NCBI GenBank assembly: GCA_963664825.1 | Contig: OY761614.1 | Span: 2,240,001-2,304,000, forward strand | Direction of reading: 5' to 3' | DNA from: an uncultured Holophaga sp. | Lineage (GTDB): Bacteria; Acidobacteriota; Holophagae; Holophagales; Holophagaceae | DNA: 64,000 nucleotides | In this document: piece by piece, positions 19,606 to 28,238 of the stretch | Numbering within the stretch: position 1 is the first letter of the stretch | Layout of the letters: every line of letters begins with the position of its first letter | Notes under the pieces: generated by a model | The model's input: only the letters and a program-made list of their open reading frames with translations | Told to the model about the DNA's origin: nothing | Database searches by the model: none | Translations under genes and position numbers: made by a program

Positions 19606-21266
19606 GCGGCGCCAAGATTGAAGTGATGATGGAAGGCCAGCGGCTTCCGGTGAAAACCGGGGAGAAGATCGTCGATCTGCTCAAACGCTATCCGTCGGTG
19701 GCCGGCAAGCCCCTGGCGGTCAAGATCAACCAGCATCTGGTGAGCCTGGATACCTCCATCCGTTACGCCTGCAAGCTCACGCCGGTGACCTATGCCCAGC
19801 GGGAGGGCACGGCCGTCTACCGGCGCTCGGCCTGTCTCATCCTCTTCGAGGCCGCCAAGGAACTCTATCCAGAGGCCGAGGTGATCGTGGGCCAGTCCCT
19901 AGCCGGGGGCTACTACTTCGATCTGCGCGCGCCTGTGCCCCTGCCCTCGGATCACCTGGCCCAGATCGAGGCACGGATGCGCCAGATCGTGGCGGAGGAC
20001 CGCGTCTTCCAACGCCAGACCATCACCAGCGAAGAAGCGGTGCAGCATTTCCGCGATGAGGGCTACGAAGACAAGATCAAGCTCCTGACCACCACCCGCT
20101 GGATCGAGGTGCGCCTGGTGGGCTGCGGCGTCTTCCAGGATATTCAGCACGGTCCGGTGGTGCCCTCCACGGGCTACATCGACCAGTTCGAGGTGGTGCC
20201 CTACGAACCCGGCTTCGTGCTGAGGTTCCCGGAGCCGTATTCCTCCGAGCTTCGCCCCACGATGGCGCCCGAACCGGGGCTCTTCCAGATCTACAAGGAG
20301 ACCAAGGCCTGGAACCGCATCCTGGGCGTGGTGAACGTGGGCCAGCTCAACGAGGCCTGTCTCTCCGATGAGATCCGCGAAGTGATCAAGATCGCCGAGG
20401 GCTTCCACGAAAAGAAGATCGCCGAATTCGCCGATGTGGTGGCCAGTCGGCGTGGCAAGGTGCGCCTGGTGCTCATCGCCGGGCCCTCCAGCTCCGGAAA
20501 GACCACCTTCAGCAAGCGCCTGATGATCCAGCTGAGGGTGAATGGCCTCCGGCCCGTCACCCTCTCCACGGATAACTACTTCCTGGGCCGGGAGCAGACG
20601 CCCCTGGACGAACAGGGCAAACCCGACTTCGAGTGTCTGGAAGCGGTGGACGTGGCCCTCTTCAACCAGCACCTGGAGCAGCTGCTGGGGGGCCAGGAGG
20701 CCCAGATCCCCACCTACGATTTCTTCACCGGCATGCGCGCCCCCCAGGCGACGCCCATGCGCCTGGGCCCTGACGATATCCTGATCGTGGAGGGCATCCA
20801 CGGCCTCAATCCCAAACTCACGGAGGCCGTGCCTGCCGATAGCAAGCTGAAGATCTACATCAGCGCCCTCACCCAGTTGGGCCTGGACGATCACAACCGC
20901 ATCATGACCACCGATGTGCGCCTGATTCGCCGCATCGTGCGGGACCGCCATTACCGGGGCCACGCCGCCGCACGCACCCTGGGCATGTGGCCCAGCGTCC
21001 TGCGGGGAGAACGGCAGAACATCTTCCCCTTCCAGGAGAGCGCCGATCTGATGTTCAATTCCACCCTCATCTACGAGCCTGCGGTGCTGCGGGTCTTCGC
21101 CGAGCGCTTCCTGCTGGAAGTGCCCAGCGACGATCCCAGCTTCGGCGAAGCCTACCGCCTGCTCCATTTCGTCCGCATGTTCGTGCCCCTCTTCCCGGAC
21201 GAAGTGCCCCCCACCTCCATCCTGAGGGAATTCATCGGCGGGAGCAGCTTCAGCTACAGGGACTGA
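19602..21266 (+). CDS. Nucleoside (uridine/PRK family) kinase with N-terminal ThrRS-like domains
   Basis: Walker A GPSSSGKT; VEGIHGLN; RLIRRIVRD; ATGA overlap with the aminotransferase. Confidence 0.87.
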   Translation: MSGAKIEVMMEGQRLPVKTGEKIVDLLKRYPSVAGKPLAVKINQHLVSLDTSIRYACKLTPVTYAQREGTAVYRRSACLILFEAAKELYPEAEVIVGQSLAGGYYFDLRAPVPLPSDHLAQIEARMRQIVAEDRVFQRQTITSEEAVQHFRDEGYEDKIKLLTTTRWIEVRLVGCGVFQDIQHGPVVPSTGYIDQFEVVPYEPGFVLRFPEPYSSELRPTMAPEPGLFQIYKETKAWNRILGVVNVGQLNEACLSDEIREVIKIAEGFHEKKIAEFADVVASRRGKVRLVLIAGPSSSGKTTFSKRLMIQLRVNGLRPVTLSTDNYFLGREQTPLDEQGKPDFECLEAVDVALFNQHLEQLLGGQEAQIPTYDFFTGMRAPQATPMRLGPDDILIVEGIHGLNPKLTEAVPADSKLKIYISALTQLGLDDHNRIMTTDVRLIRRIVRDRHYRGHAAARTLGMWPSVLRGERQNIFPFQESADLMFNSTLIYEPAVLRVFAERFLLEVPSDDPSFGEAYRLLHFVRMFVPLFPDEVPPTSILREFIGGSSFSYRD

Positions 21267-21298
21267 GGAAACGCTTCGATTCCTGAGGATGACCAGGG

Positions 21299-23395
21299 TC
21301 AGATCTTATCCATCACCATCTGGAAGGAGACCTCGCCCTGGCCCAGGTCCACGGTGGCTTCGCCCCAGCGCCCCGTGCCGTGCTCCGTGGCACGGATGAC
21401 AACGGTCTTGGTCGAGATGGCTATGCGGATACGTGGTTGGGATTGGTCACGTAGGATCTCGTGTTCCCTTGAATTCCGAGATCCTATTGTAATGCTCCCG
21501 ATTGGCTTGGCCTGACCCTCGACTCGGAATTCCACGTCGAAGCCGTCCAGGGAGAGGACCCGCATCCGCACATCCCATTCGTCCTTGGGCAGTGGCTTCA
21601 GCTCACCGCTGACGCTTCCCGGCGGGAGTTGCTTCATCCACGCCTCGCTGAGGGGGGCGGGCAGGTAGCCAATATGAGCCAGGCTTTGTAAAAATTCCCT
21701 TGGGGGAACCTTATTCAGGTGGATCGTGAGACCACCTGTATTCTCAGCCTTGAATGGGGGAAGCGTGCGATCCAATTCCCTGTCCTCGACACCGGTCGCG
21801 AAGAGCCAGTTCCAGTTCTCTGTCAGGAGGGCTGTCAGCTCCTGGCGCGTGACATCGAGGTCCAGATCGAGCAGTGCCCCGTGGCGGGCCATATGGATAT
21901 GGCGCGGCGCCGTCGGATCGCCCTTGGGCACCCTCAGCACCTTCTTCGCGCTGGAGGGCGTTGTCTGGGAGGGGGCCGCGGGCTCCGGCTGCACGGCCTT
22001 GCCCTGGGCCAGCTGGAGCACGGCAGGCACGTAGCGGCGGGTCTCCTCGCTCAGGGTTCCGGCGTCCAGGGTTTCCTCGCCGCCATTGTAGGCGGCCAGG
22101 GTCTTGGTCAGATCGCCGTGGTAGCGCTGGAGCAGATGCTTGAGGTATCTGGCTCCGGCAGCCATGACCTGATCCGGGTCCGAGAGATCCTGGGCGCCAT
22201 ATTTGAGTGCGGTCTCAGGCTTCACCTGGAGGAGGCCCGTGGAACCCTGGGCACTGACGGCCTTGGGATCGTAGCGGCTCTCCACTTCCGCCAGGGCCCG
22301 CAGCAGATCGGGATCGATGCCTTCCTTCAGGGCCAGGGTGTCCACCTGGGCCACGAGTTCGGCGGGACGCAGGATGGGAGTGGCGGGGCTCGCTTGTGCA
22401 GGGGGCGCCGAGGAGGCCATCATCGGCGAGAGGAGCGAGGCGGCGAGCAGGGCCGGGAGCAGGCCGCCGAGGAGGGGCCGGGGCTGGGTGGGGTGGAGGA
22501 GGCGCGTGATGCGTGCCATGAGGTCTCCTTGATGGGCTCCCAAGGCCAGGTTGGGGGCGGGTTCCGGGAACTGGAAACGGTCCAATGCGGCCAGAGCCAG
22601 CGCCAGGCGCCGGGGTTCGCCGATGGCCTTGGCCGCCAGATCGTCGCAGGCCTCTTCCCGGGTGGCGCGGATGCGAGCCGAGATCCACCAGACGGCGGGG
22701 TGGAAGAAGAGCAGGGTCTCCGCCAGGCTCTGCAGCAGATTGACGAGGTAGTCCTGGCGCTGGATATGGGCCAGTTCGTGGGCCAGCAGCGCCTCCAACA
22801 GCACCGGGTCCATGCCCATGAGCAGCGAGGCGGGCAGCAGCACGGCGGGCTTCCACCAGCCATGGGCCAGGGGCCCTTCCACGCCCTCGCAGAGGCGCAG
22901 TTCAGGACAGCGGGCGAGGCCCAGGCGATGGGCGAGGTCTTTCAAGCGCATCTGCCATTCCCGGGGGGCGGAGCGCGTCCTGTGGCGGCGCAGGCGCTGG
23001 ATCCACATCCACCCGCCCAGGAGGCGCAGGAGGCAGATCATGGCCCCCAGGCCCCATCCCCCCACGATCCAGGGCAGAGCGGGCCGCAGGAGGCGCTCCG
23101 CTCGAGTCCCGAGAGAGGGCGCCGGAGTGGGGCGGGGGCTCGGGGGGGCCGCGGTCATCACGGGGGAAACGGCCACCTGGATGGTCTGGGCCTCCCCGGC
23201 GGGCCAGAGCCGCACCAGTGTGAGGGTGGGGAGGCATAGGCAGGCCAAGAGGCCCGCGCAGGCCGCGAGATGGCGAGCCTGGGCCGAGGCGCCTCGCAGC
23301 AGGCGCAGCACAAGAGCCGTGGCGAGGCCTGCCAGGGCGCCTTGCCAGAGGACATGCAGCAGCGTCCAGCCGAGGGCGAGGGCGATGGGGCTCAT
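21299..23395 (-). CDS. BlaR1-type M56 metallopeptidase fused to an SLT lytic transglycosylase domain
   Basis: LLHVLWQG, HELAH and REEACD (M56); VESRYDPKAVS, GLLQV and AAYNGG (SLT); ATGA overlap with blaI-like gene. Confidence 0.88.
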   Translation of the reverse strand: MSPIALALGWTLLHVLWQGALAGLATALVLRLLRGASAQARHLAACAGLLACLCLPTLTLVRLWPAGEAQTIQVAVSPVMTAAPPSPRPTPAPSLGTRAERLLRPALPWIVGGWGLGAMICLLRLLGGWMWIQRLRRHRTRSAPREWQMRLKDLAHRLGLARCPELRLCEGVEGPLAHGWWKPAVLLPASLLMGMDPVLLEALLAHELAHIQRQDYLVNLLQSLAETLLFFHPAVWWISARIRATREEACDDLAAKAIGEPRRLALALAALDRFQFPEPAPNLALGAHQGDLMARITRLLHPTQPRPLLGGLLPALLAASLLSPMMASSAPPAQASPATPILRPAELVAQVDTLALKEGIDPDLLRALAEVESRYDPKAVSAQGSTGLLQVKPETALKYGAQDLSDPDQVMAAGARYLKHLLQRYHGDLTKTLAAYNGGEETLDAGTLSEETRRYVPAVLQLAQGKAVQPEPAAPSQTTPSSAKKVLRVPKGDPTAPRHIHMARHGALLDLDLDVTRQELTALLTENWNWLFATGVEDRELDRTLPPFKAENTGGLTIHLNKVPPREFLQSLAHIGYLPAPLSEAWMKQLPPGSVSGELKPLPKDEWDVRMRVLSLDGFDVEFRVEGQAKPIGSITIGSRNSREHEILRDQSQPRIRIAISTKTVVIRATEHGTGRWGEATVDLGQGEVSFQMVMDKI

Positions 23396-23769
23396 TTCTT
23401 CTCCTCTGCAGCGAACAGGGCCCGGATTTCGCTGCGCTCCTTGGCGCTCACGGAACCCGATTTCAGGGCCGCCAGCACGAGTTCCTTGGCCGAGCCCTTG
23501 AAGGCCCGGTCCATGAGATCGGCCACCAGGCCCTTCTGCATGGCCGCCTTGGCGTGGGCGGGCCGGTAGATGTGGGAACGCTCCCGCTCGTCCCGGGTCA
23601 CCAGCCCCTTCTCGAACATCACCTGGAGCATGCGCAGCACGCCCGTGTAGGTGATCTCCCGCTGGGCGCTGAGGACCCGGTGGACCTGCTTGACGGTGGC
23701 GGGCCCCAGATCCCACAACACTTGCAGGAGGCTCAGTTCGACATCGGTGGGGCGGGGCGCTCGGGACAA
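23392..23769 (-). CDS. BlaI/MecI/CopY family repressor
   Basis: PTDVEL.LLQVLW..GPATV, YTGVLRMLQVM.EKGLV and FKGSAKELV; TTG start with GGAGG upstream. Confidence 0.92.
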   Translation of the reverse strand: MSRAPRPTDVELSLLQVLWDLGPATVKQVHRVLSAQREITYTGVLRMLQVMFEKGLVTRDERERSHIYRPAHAKAAMQKGLVADLMDRAFKGSAKELVLAALKSGSVSAKERSEIRALFAAEEKK

Positions 23770-23791
23770 GGGACCTCCGGATTGGAATTGG

Positions 23792-23839
23792 GTCTACTGG
23801 ATCATGTCTACGATAATTTGTCTACTATGTTTTGAGTAG
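23792..23839. promoter_or_regulatory. Candidate BlaI-family operator array
   Basis: GTCTAC at 23792, 23806 and 23820 (14-bp period); CTACT-N8-AGTAG at 23822-23839; AT-rich gap between divergent genes. Confidence 0.55.
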
Positions 23840-23931
23840 GTCATTGCCTCGAGCGTGTCCCGAGACGGAGGTCGCGGGGCCCTGTGAGGGCGGGTATTTT
23901 GGAGGTAGCGCTGCCTCGCGAGGGAGATCCC

Positions 23932-24282
23932 ATGCTGCCCGCCATTCTCACCCTCCTGCTCTTCCAGGCCCTGGGCGAAGTGCTGGTGCGCCTGCTCCGG
24001 GTCCCCGTTCCCGGGCCCGTGGCGGGCATGGGGCTCCTCTTCCTGTGGCTTATCTGGAGGGGTGGGGCCTCCCGGCGCCTGGAACGGGTGAGCCGGGAAC
24101 TGCTCCAGCATCTGGGGCTCTTCTTCGTTCCGGCTGGGGTGGGCGTGATCGTGCTGGGGCCGCGCCTAGCCCAGACCTGGAAACCCATCCTGGCCGCCGT
24201 CCTGCTGGGCACCCTCGTGACCCTGGGGGTGACGGCGCTCGTCTTCCGCCTGCTCACGCCTCGGGCCAAGGAGGAGGCATGA
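23932..24282 (+). CDS. CidA/LrgA holin-like protein
   Basis: GE..VR..PVPGPVAGMGLL and LFFVPAGVGV; GGGAG RBS. Confidence 0.9.
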   Translation: MLPAILTLLLFQALGEVLVRLLRVPVPGPVAGMGLLFLWLIWRGGASRRLERVSRELLQHLGLFFVPAGVGVIVLGPRLAQTWKPILAAVLLGTLVTLGVTALVFRLLTPRAKEEA

Positions 24283-24980
24283 ATCCGGTCTCCCATGGCT
24301 GGGTCACGCCCAGCCTTTGCCTGGCGATGACCGCAGGCGTCTATCTCGGGGCGTTCCGGCTGCACCACCTGCTGGGCCGGGCGCCCTGGGCCAATCCCAC
24401 GGCGCTGGCCACGGCTTTCCTGGCGCTATTGGTGGGAGTCTCCGGGGTTCCCTACGCTTCCTACTTTGCCGGGGCGAACCTCGTGCATTTCCTGCTGGGA
24501 CCGGCCACGGTGGCCTTGGGGGTCTCCCTCTACACCCAGCGGGAGAGGATCCGGAGGCTGGCCCTTCCCGGTCTTGTCGCGCTGCTGGTGGGCTCCCTGA
24601 CGGGGATCCTCAGCGCCCTATTTTTCGCCAAGCTCTTCGGAGCCGATCGCGCGCTGCTAGCCACCCTGGCCCCGAAGAGCGCCACCACGCCCATTGCCAT
24701 GGGCATCGCCGAAAGCCTGGGCGGTGATCCAGCGCTAGCTGCGGTGGTGGTGATCCTCACCGGCATCCTGGGGGCGATCCTGGCCCGGCCCCTCATGACG
24801 GTTCTGGGCATGAAGGACCGCGCTGCCCGGGGATTTGCGCTGGGTGTGGCCTGCCACGGCCTGGGCACCGCTGCGGCCTTCGAGGAAGGTCCGGAGGCGG
24901 GCACCCTCGCGGGACTCGCCATGGGCCTCAATGGTTTCCTGACGGCCCTGCTGGTACCCCTGGTCCTGCGGTTCTTCTAA
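24279..24980 (+). CDS. lrgB: LrgB family membrane protein
   Basis: LLGPATVAL, PKSATTPIA and HGLGTA; ATGA overlap with the cidA-like gene. Confidence 0.9.
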   Translation: MNPVSHGWVTPSLCLAMTAGVYLGAFRLHHLLGRAPWANPTALATAFLALLVGVSGVPYASYFAGANLVHFLLGPATVALGVSLYTQRERIRRLALPGLVALLVGSLTGILSALFFAKLFGADRALLATLAPKSATTPIAMGIAESLGGDPALAAVVVILTGILGAILARPLMTVLGMKDRAARGFALGVACHGLGTAAAFEEGPEAGTLAGLAMGLNGFLTALLVPLVLRFF

Positions 24981-25006
24981 AAAAAGGGCCCCGCATGGGG
25001 CCCTTT
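24979..25006 (-). terminator. Intrinsic terminator, possibly bidirectional
   Basis: AAAGGGCCCC-GCAT-GGGGCCCTTT hairpin with a 7-nt U tract on the minus strand, between convergent genes. Confidence 0.8.
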
Positions 25007-25024
25007 CCGGAAGCGAATTGCGGA

Positions 25025-25480
25025 CTATTCCATCACGATCCAGACCTTGCGGTTTTCCTTGACGGCCTGGACCAGCACCATCATGGCTTCGGAGATCTGC
25101 TTGCCCTTGGAAGAACCATCCAGGAGATCGACGATGACGATCGGATCCTCTTCGCCCCTGGGGAGGCTTACGCTGCGGGGCATCTCGCGTTCGGATTTCT
25201 TGGAGGCCGGCATCCGGGAGGGGGGATCGGGCAGGATGAAGCCCTTCCCGTGTTCCAGGGCCTCGAGGCTCGTGCGAAACAGGGCGGCCAGGGCCACCAG
25301 GGCGCTGCCCGAAGGCTTGATCTTGTCGCGTTCCCAGAAGGAGATGGAGGCCTGGTCCACACGCAGGGTCTCGGCCATCTCTTCCTGGGACCAGGCCCAG
25401 AGCATGCGCACAGCCTTGATGCGTTCACCAAGGGTGTTGAGGGAAGGCTGGGTATCGGAAGGGGCTTCGGATCGCTTCAT
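25025..25480 (-). CDS. XRE-family HTH regulator
   Basis: LGERIKAVR..WSQEEMAE.L.VDQASISFWE...P. Confidence 0.85.
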   Translation of the reverse strand: MKRSEAPSDTQPSLNTLGERIKAVRMLWAWSQEEMAETLRVDQASISFWERDKIKPSGSALVALAALFRTSLEALEHGKGFILPDPPSRMPASKKSEREMPRSVSLPRGEEDPIVIVDLLDGSSKGKQISEAMMVLVQAVKENRKVWIVME

Positions 25481-25575
25481 GGGAATCTCCCGTGAGTGGG
25501 TGGCTGGGGTTGCTTGCAAGTCTCAACTCTAGATTAGGGAAAAATATCAATCAAGACGTTTCATATCAAAATTCA

Positions 25576-27054
25576 TTAAATTCTTTCATGCGGGAGGGTG
25601 GGGACGGGGGCGTAGATGGCGGTTGTAGGGTCCACGGAGTATAGGTTGCTAATTCTGCCCGTGTAGGCGCTGGCGTATTGCTGGATCTGGTCGGCGAAGC
25701 GGGTTTGTTCGTAGCCGTCACGGAAAATACTGCCCCACCTTGAGTTGAAGGCGGCTTCCAACTGGGTGTCCAGGGACATTACGAAAGTCTCCTGACTTAG
25801 TAGATGCTGCCGAGTGAAATCGAGTTCCTCCCGGATTTGGCTTCCTTCCAGATCCAGGGCCTTCAGGGCCTCGGGGCTCAGGCGGGTCGCCAGGAGATGG
25901 CGGTGTTCCCGGTTCCGCCGCAGCTTGTCCTCCAGGAGGGAGACCCGGACCTCGTTGCGGCGGCGCTGGACCTCGGTGCGGAGGAAGAGCTGGAGATCAT
26001 CGGCGAGATCCTCGAGGCGCTGGAGGGTGGTCCCGAGTTCCGGGATCAGGAGGAGGGTCTTCCAGGAGACGTTCTTCTTGGAACGGAGAATATCGCCATA
26101 GATGTGGTCTCCAACGTAGAGGATCTCCTCGCCGAAGGCCTGGAGCTGGTTCTCGAGCCATCCCGCGTGGCCGCCGGTGAAGGCCTTGGGATGTCCCTCC
26201 GTGGGAAGGGCGGGCGGGGCTTCCTCGAAGAAGACGGGTTTTCGGGAACTGGTCACCACCAGCTCGAAGTAGTCCTCCCAACTGGGCAGGGCGGGATCCT
26301 GGCCATCCAGCAGGAAGCTCAGGACGCCCTTGGTGAAGTGCCAGTCGCTATTGGAGACCACGAAGAGCTTCTTCCCGGCGCGCTTCCAGCGGTCCAGGGC
26401 CGCGGGGAGTTCGGGATCCCGGAGGATGTAGAAGTCCCGGTGGGCCAGGATCTCGGCCTTCATTTCGCCGTTCCGATGGGCGGTATCGATGGCCCATCTC
26501 ACATCCTGAAAGAGATCCAGGTATTCCTTCCCCTGGATCCAGCCCCGCTCCTTGCCATCCACCAACACGGCATAGAGGTAGCTCTCCGGGATCTCGAAGA
26601 GGGTGTCGATGCTGCGGAAGCCCTTGGCGCTGGCTGAGAGCCGCCTCCGGCCATAGGCCCCATCGATGGCTCCGCGCTCCATGGGCAGGCTGCCATGGCA
26701 GGCGCGCACCACCATCCGCTCCGTGTTGAGCTTGAGCAGGTTGCCCCTCAGCCCGTCGAGCACCAATCCCCGGATGGCGAATTCGGGATCGTAGGGAATG
26801 CCCAGCAGTTGATCATCATAGGCCCGCTCCTTCACCAGCAGTTGGCTGGCTCGGCGAAAGGCCAGTTCATCGATCTCCGGCGAACGGTAGTGGCTCAGGG
26901 TGTAGTCCATGTCGAAGCCCACGGCCTTCACATCCCGGAAGTGGATATCCCGGAGCGCGAAGACCTTGCGGGCATGGGGAAGGGGGGCCTCGTCCTCGAG
27001 GCCGCAGAAGCGGGGCACAGAAAGCAGGGCCGGAACGACGTTCTGGAGGGGCAT
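25576..27054 (-). CDS. HAD-superfamily cN-II type purine 5'-nucleotidase
   Basis: GFDMDYTL, RKP.FF and YVGDHIYGDI motifs. Confidence 0.9.
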   Translation of the reverse strand: MPLQNVVPALLSVPRFCGLEDEAPLPHARKVFALRDIHFRDVKAVGFDMDYTLSHYRSPEIDELAFRRASQLLVKERAYDDQLLGIPYDPEFAIRGLVLDGLRGNLLKLNTERMVVRACHGSLPMERGAIDGAYGRRRLSASAKGFRSIDTLFEIPESYLYAVLVDGKERGWIQGKEYLDLFQDVRWAIDTAHRNGEMKAEILAHRDFYILRDPELPAALDRWKRAGKKLFVVSNSDWHFTKGVLSFLLDGQDPALPSWEDYFELVVTSSRKPVFFEEAPPALPTEGHPKAFTGGHAGWLENQLQAFGEEILYVGDHIYGDILRSKKNVSWKTLLLIPELGTTLQRLEDLADDLQLFLRTEVQRRRNEVRVSLLEDKLRRNREHRHLLATRLSPEALKALDLEGSQIREELDFTRQHLLSQETFVMSLDTQLEAAFNSRWGSIFRDGYEQTRFADQIQQYASAYTGRISNLYSVDPTTAIYAPVPTLPHERI

Positions 27055-27222
27055 TCGAAACCTTGAATGGGATATTTCAGGAACAGGGTATGCCCATAGC
27101 TTAAAAACACAAGATCAACTCATTTTAACAGCTGATTCCGCGCAGACCAGGAGGTAGGCATGATTCATACTGTCACCCCACGAGGCGGTCCCAATCGGGC
27201 ACTCCCGGGCGCAGCCACCTTC

Positions 27223-27362
27223 ATTCTTCCGACCCGATCCCGTGGGTCGCGACGATGTGGGTCACAAGCAAGGCTCCAGTGGAGCCTTGCGCGTGGGGCC
27301 CCACACGGAGCGAATCATGCCGAGGGGATGACGGAGCTCGATTCTTCCGACCCGATCCCGTG
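27223..27362. repeat. 22-bp direct repeat flanking a palindromic 96-bp insert
   Basis: ATTCTTCCGACCCGATCCCGTG at 27223-27244 and 27341-27362; GCAAGGCTCCA-G-TGGAGCCTTGC at 27268-27290. Confidence 0.85.
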
Positions 27363-27728
27363 TGTGATGCTCTGGTGTCCGAAACTTCCCCAGGCCAGCG
27401 CCCGGAATGCCTCTCCGTGCCCCCAGTTCTTCTCCCCATCCTTCCAGAGCTTGTAGTGGATGAGTTCGTGTTCCAGGATGCGCCGGGTGACGGCCTCGGG
27501 ATCCCGGCAGAGGCAGCCACACACCTGGAGGGGCCAGGTCCGGTCCCGGCGGCGCAGGAGCGGGATGGACAGGCGGATCTCCGGATGCCAGACGCCTCTG
27601 GCATCCTTTTCGATCACGAAGAGTCCCGCGCAGCGGGACATGCGGGGCGACCAGAGGATGGGCAGCGGCGGGAGCGCCCAACCCGCCTGCTGCAGGATGC
27701 CCCCCGCGATGTGGCGCAGCGTCATCAC
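27315..27728 (-). CDS. SprT-like zinc metalloprotease domain protein
   Basis: WSPRMSRCAG, ILEHELIH and WGHGEAF motifs. Confidence 0.78.
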   Translation of the reverse strand: MMTLRHIAGGILQQAGWALPPLPILWSPRMSRCAGLFVIEKDARGVWHPEIRLSIPLLRRRDRTWPLQVCGCLCRDPEAVTRRILEHELIHYKLWKDGEKNWGHGEAFRALAWGSFGHQSITHGIGSEESSSVIPSA

Positions 27729-28219
27729 CGCTTCAGGGCCTGGTTCCGGAGGCTGGCCAGGATCTGTTCCACCATCTGGCGGGTGGGGGCGTCGAGGCCC
27801 GAATAGCGGAAATGGGCCAGATGGAAGGGGCCTGTGCCGCCCAGTTCGAGGATGCCTTCTGAGGTGCCCGGCAGTTCGGGGGGGTCGATGCGCCGCGTGC
27901 GGGCGCCGCCGATGCGTGTGTCATGGGCCCGCTTGGCAAAGGGCTTCATGCGTTCCATGGTGGGGAAGCGCAGTTCCATCCCGAAGTGGATGGCCAGGAG
28001 GCAGCGCTCCCCGCTGCCCTCGGTATTTTCGACGAAGACATCCAGGGAATCATCCCCCAGGGGGCGAGCCGCCACGGTCCATTGGGGGGGGTGGTCGAAG
28101 CTCACGAGGCCCCTGGAGAAGTGGACCCAGCCTGCCGGGAGGGGGGCCGGGGGGCGATGGCCCTCGGGTGCCCCGCAGGCCACGCAGAGCACCAGGGGGA
28201 CGAGATACGGGTGCGGCAT
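27725..28219 (-). CDS. Hypothetical protein, possible lipoprotein
   Basis: Hydrophobic N-terminus ending in VAC; packed between aspS and the sprT-like gene. Confidence 0.55.
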   Translation of the reverse strand: MPHPYLVPLVLCVACGAPEGHRPPAPLPAGWVHFSRGLVSFDHPPQWTVAARPLGDDSLDVFVENTEGSGERCLLAIHFGMELRFPTMERMKPFAKRAHDTRIGGARTRRIDPPELPGTSEGILELGGTGPFHLAHFRYSGLDAPTRQMVEQILASLRNQALKR

Positions 28220-28238
28220 CGAAAAGACCACGGCGGGC

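Noticed and set aside
23396..23716. N-terminal extension of the M56 ORF in the ORF track
   Set aside because: It overlaps the blaI-like gene in another frame; the ATGA overlap at 23392-23395 is the more plausible start.
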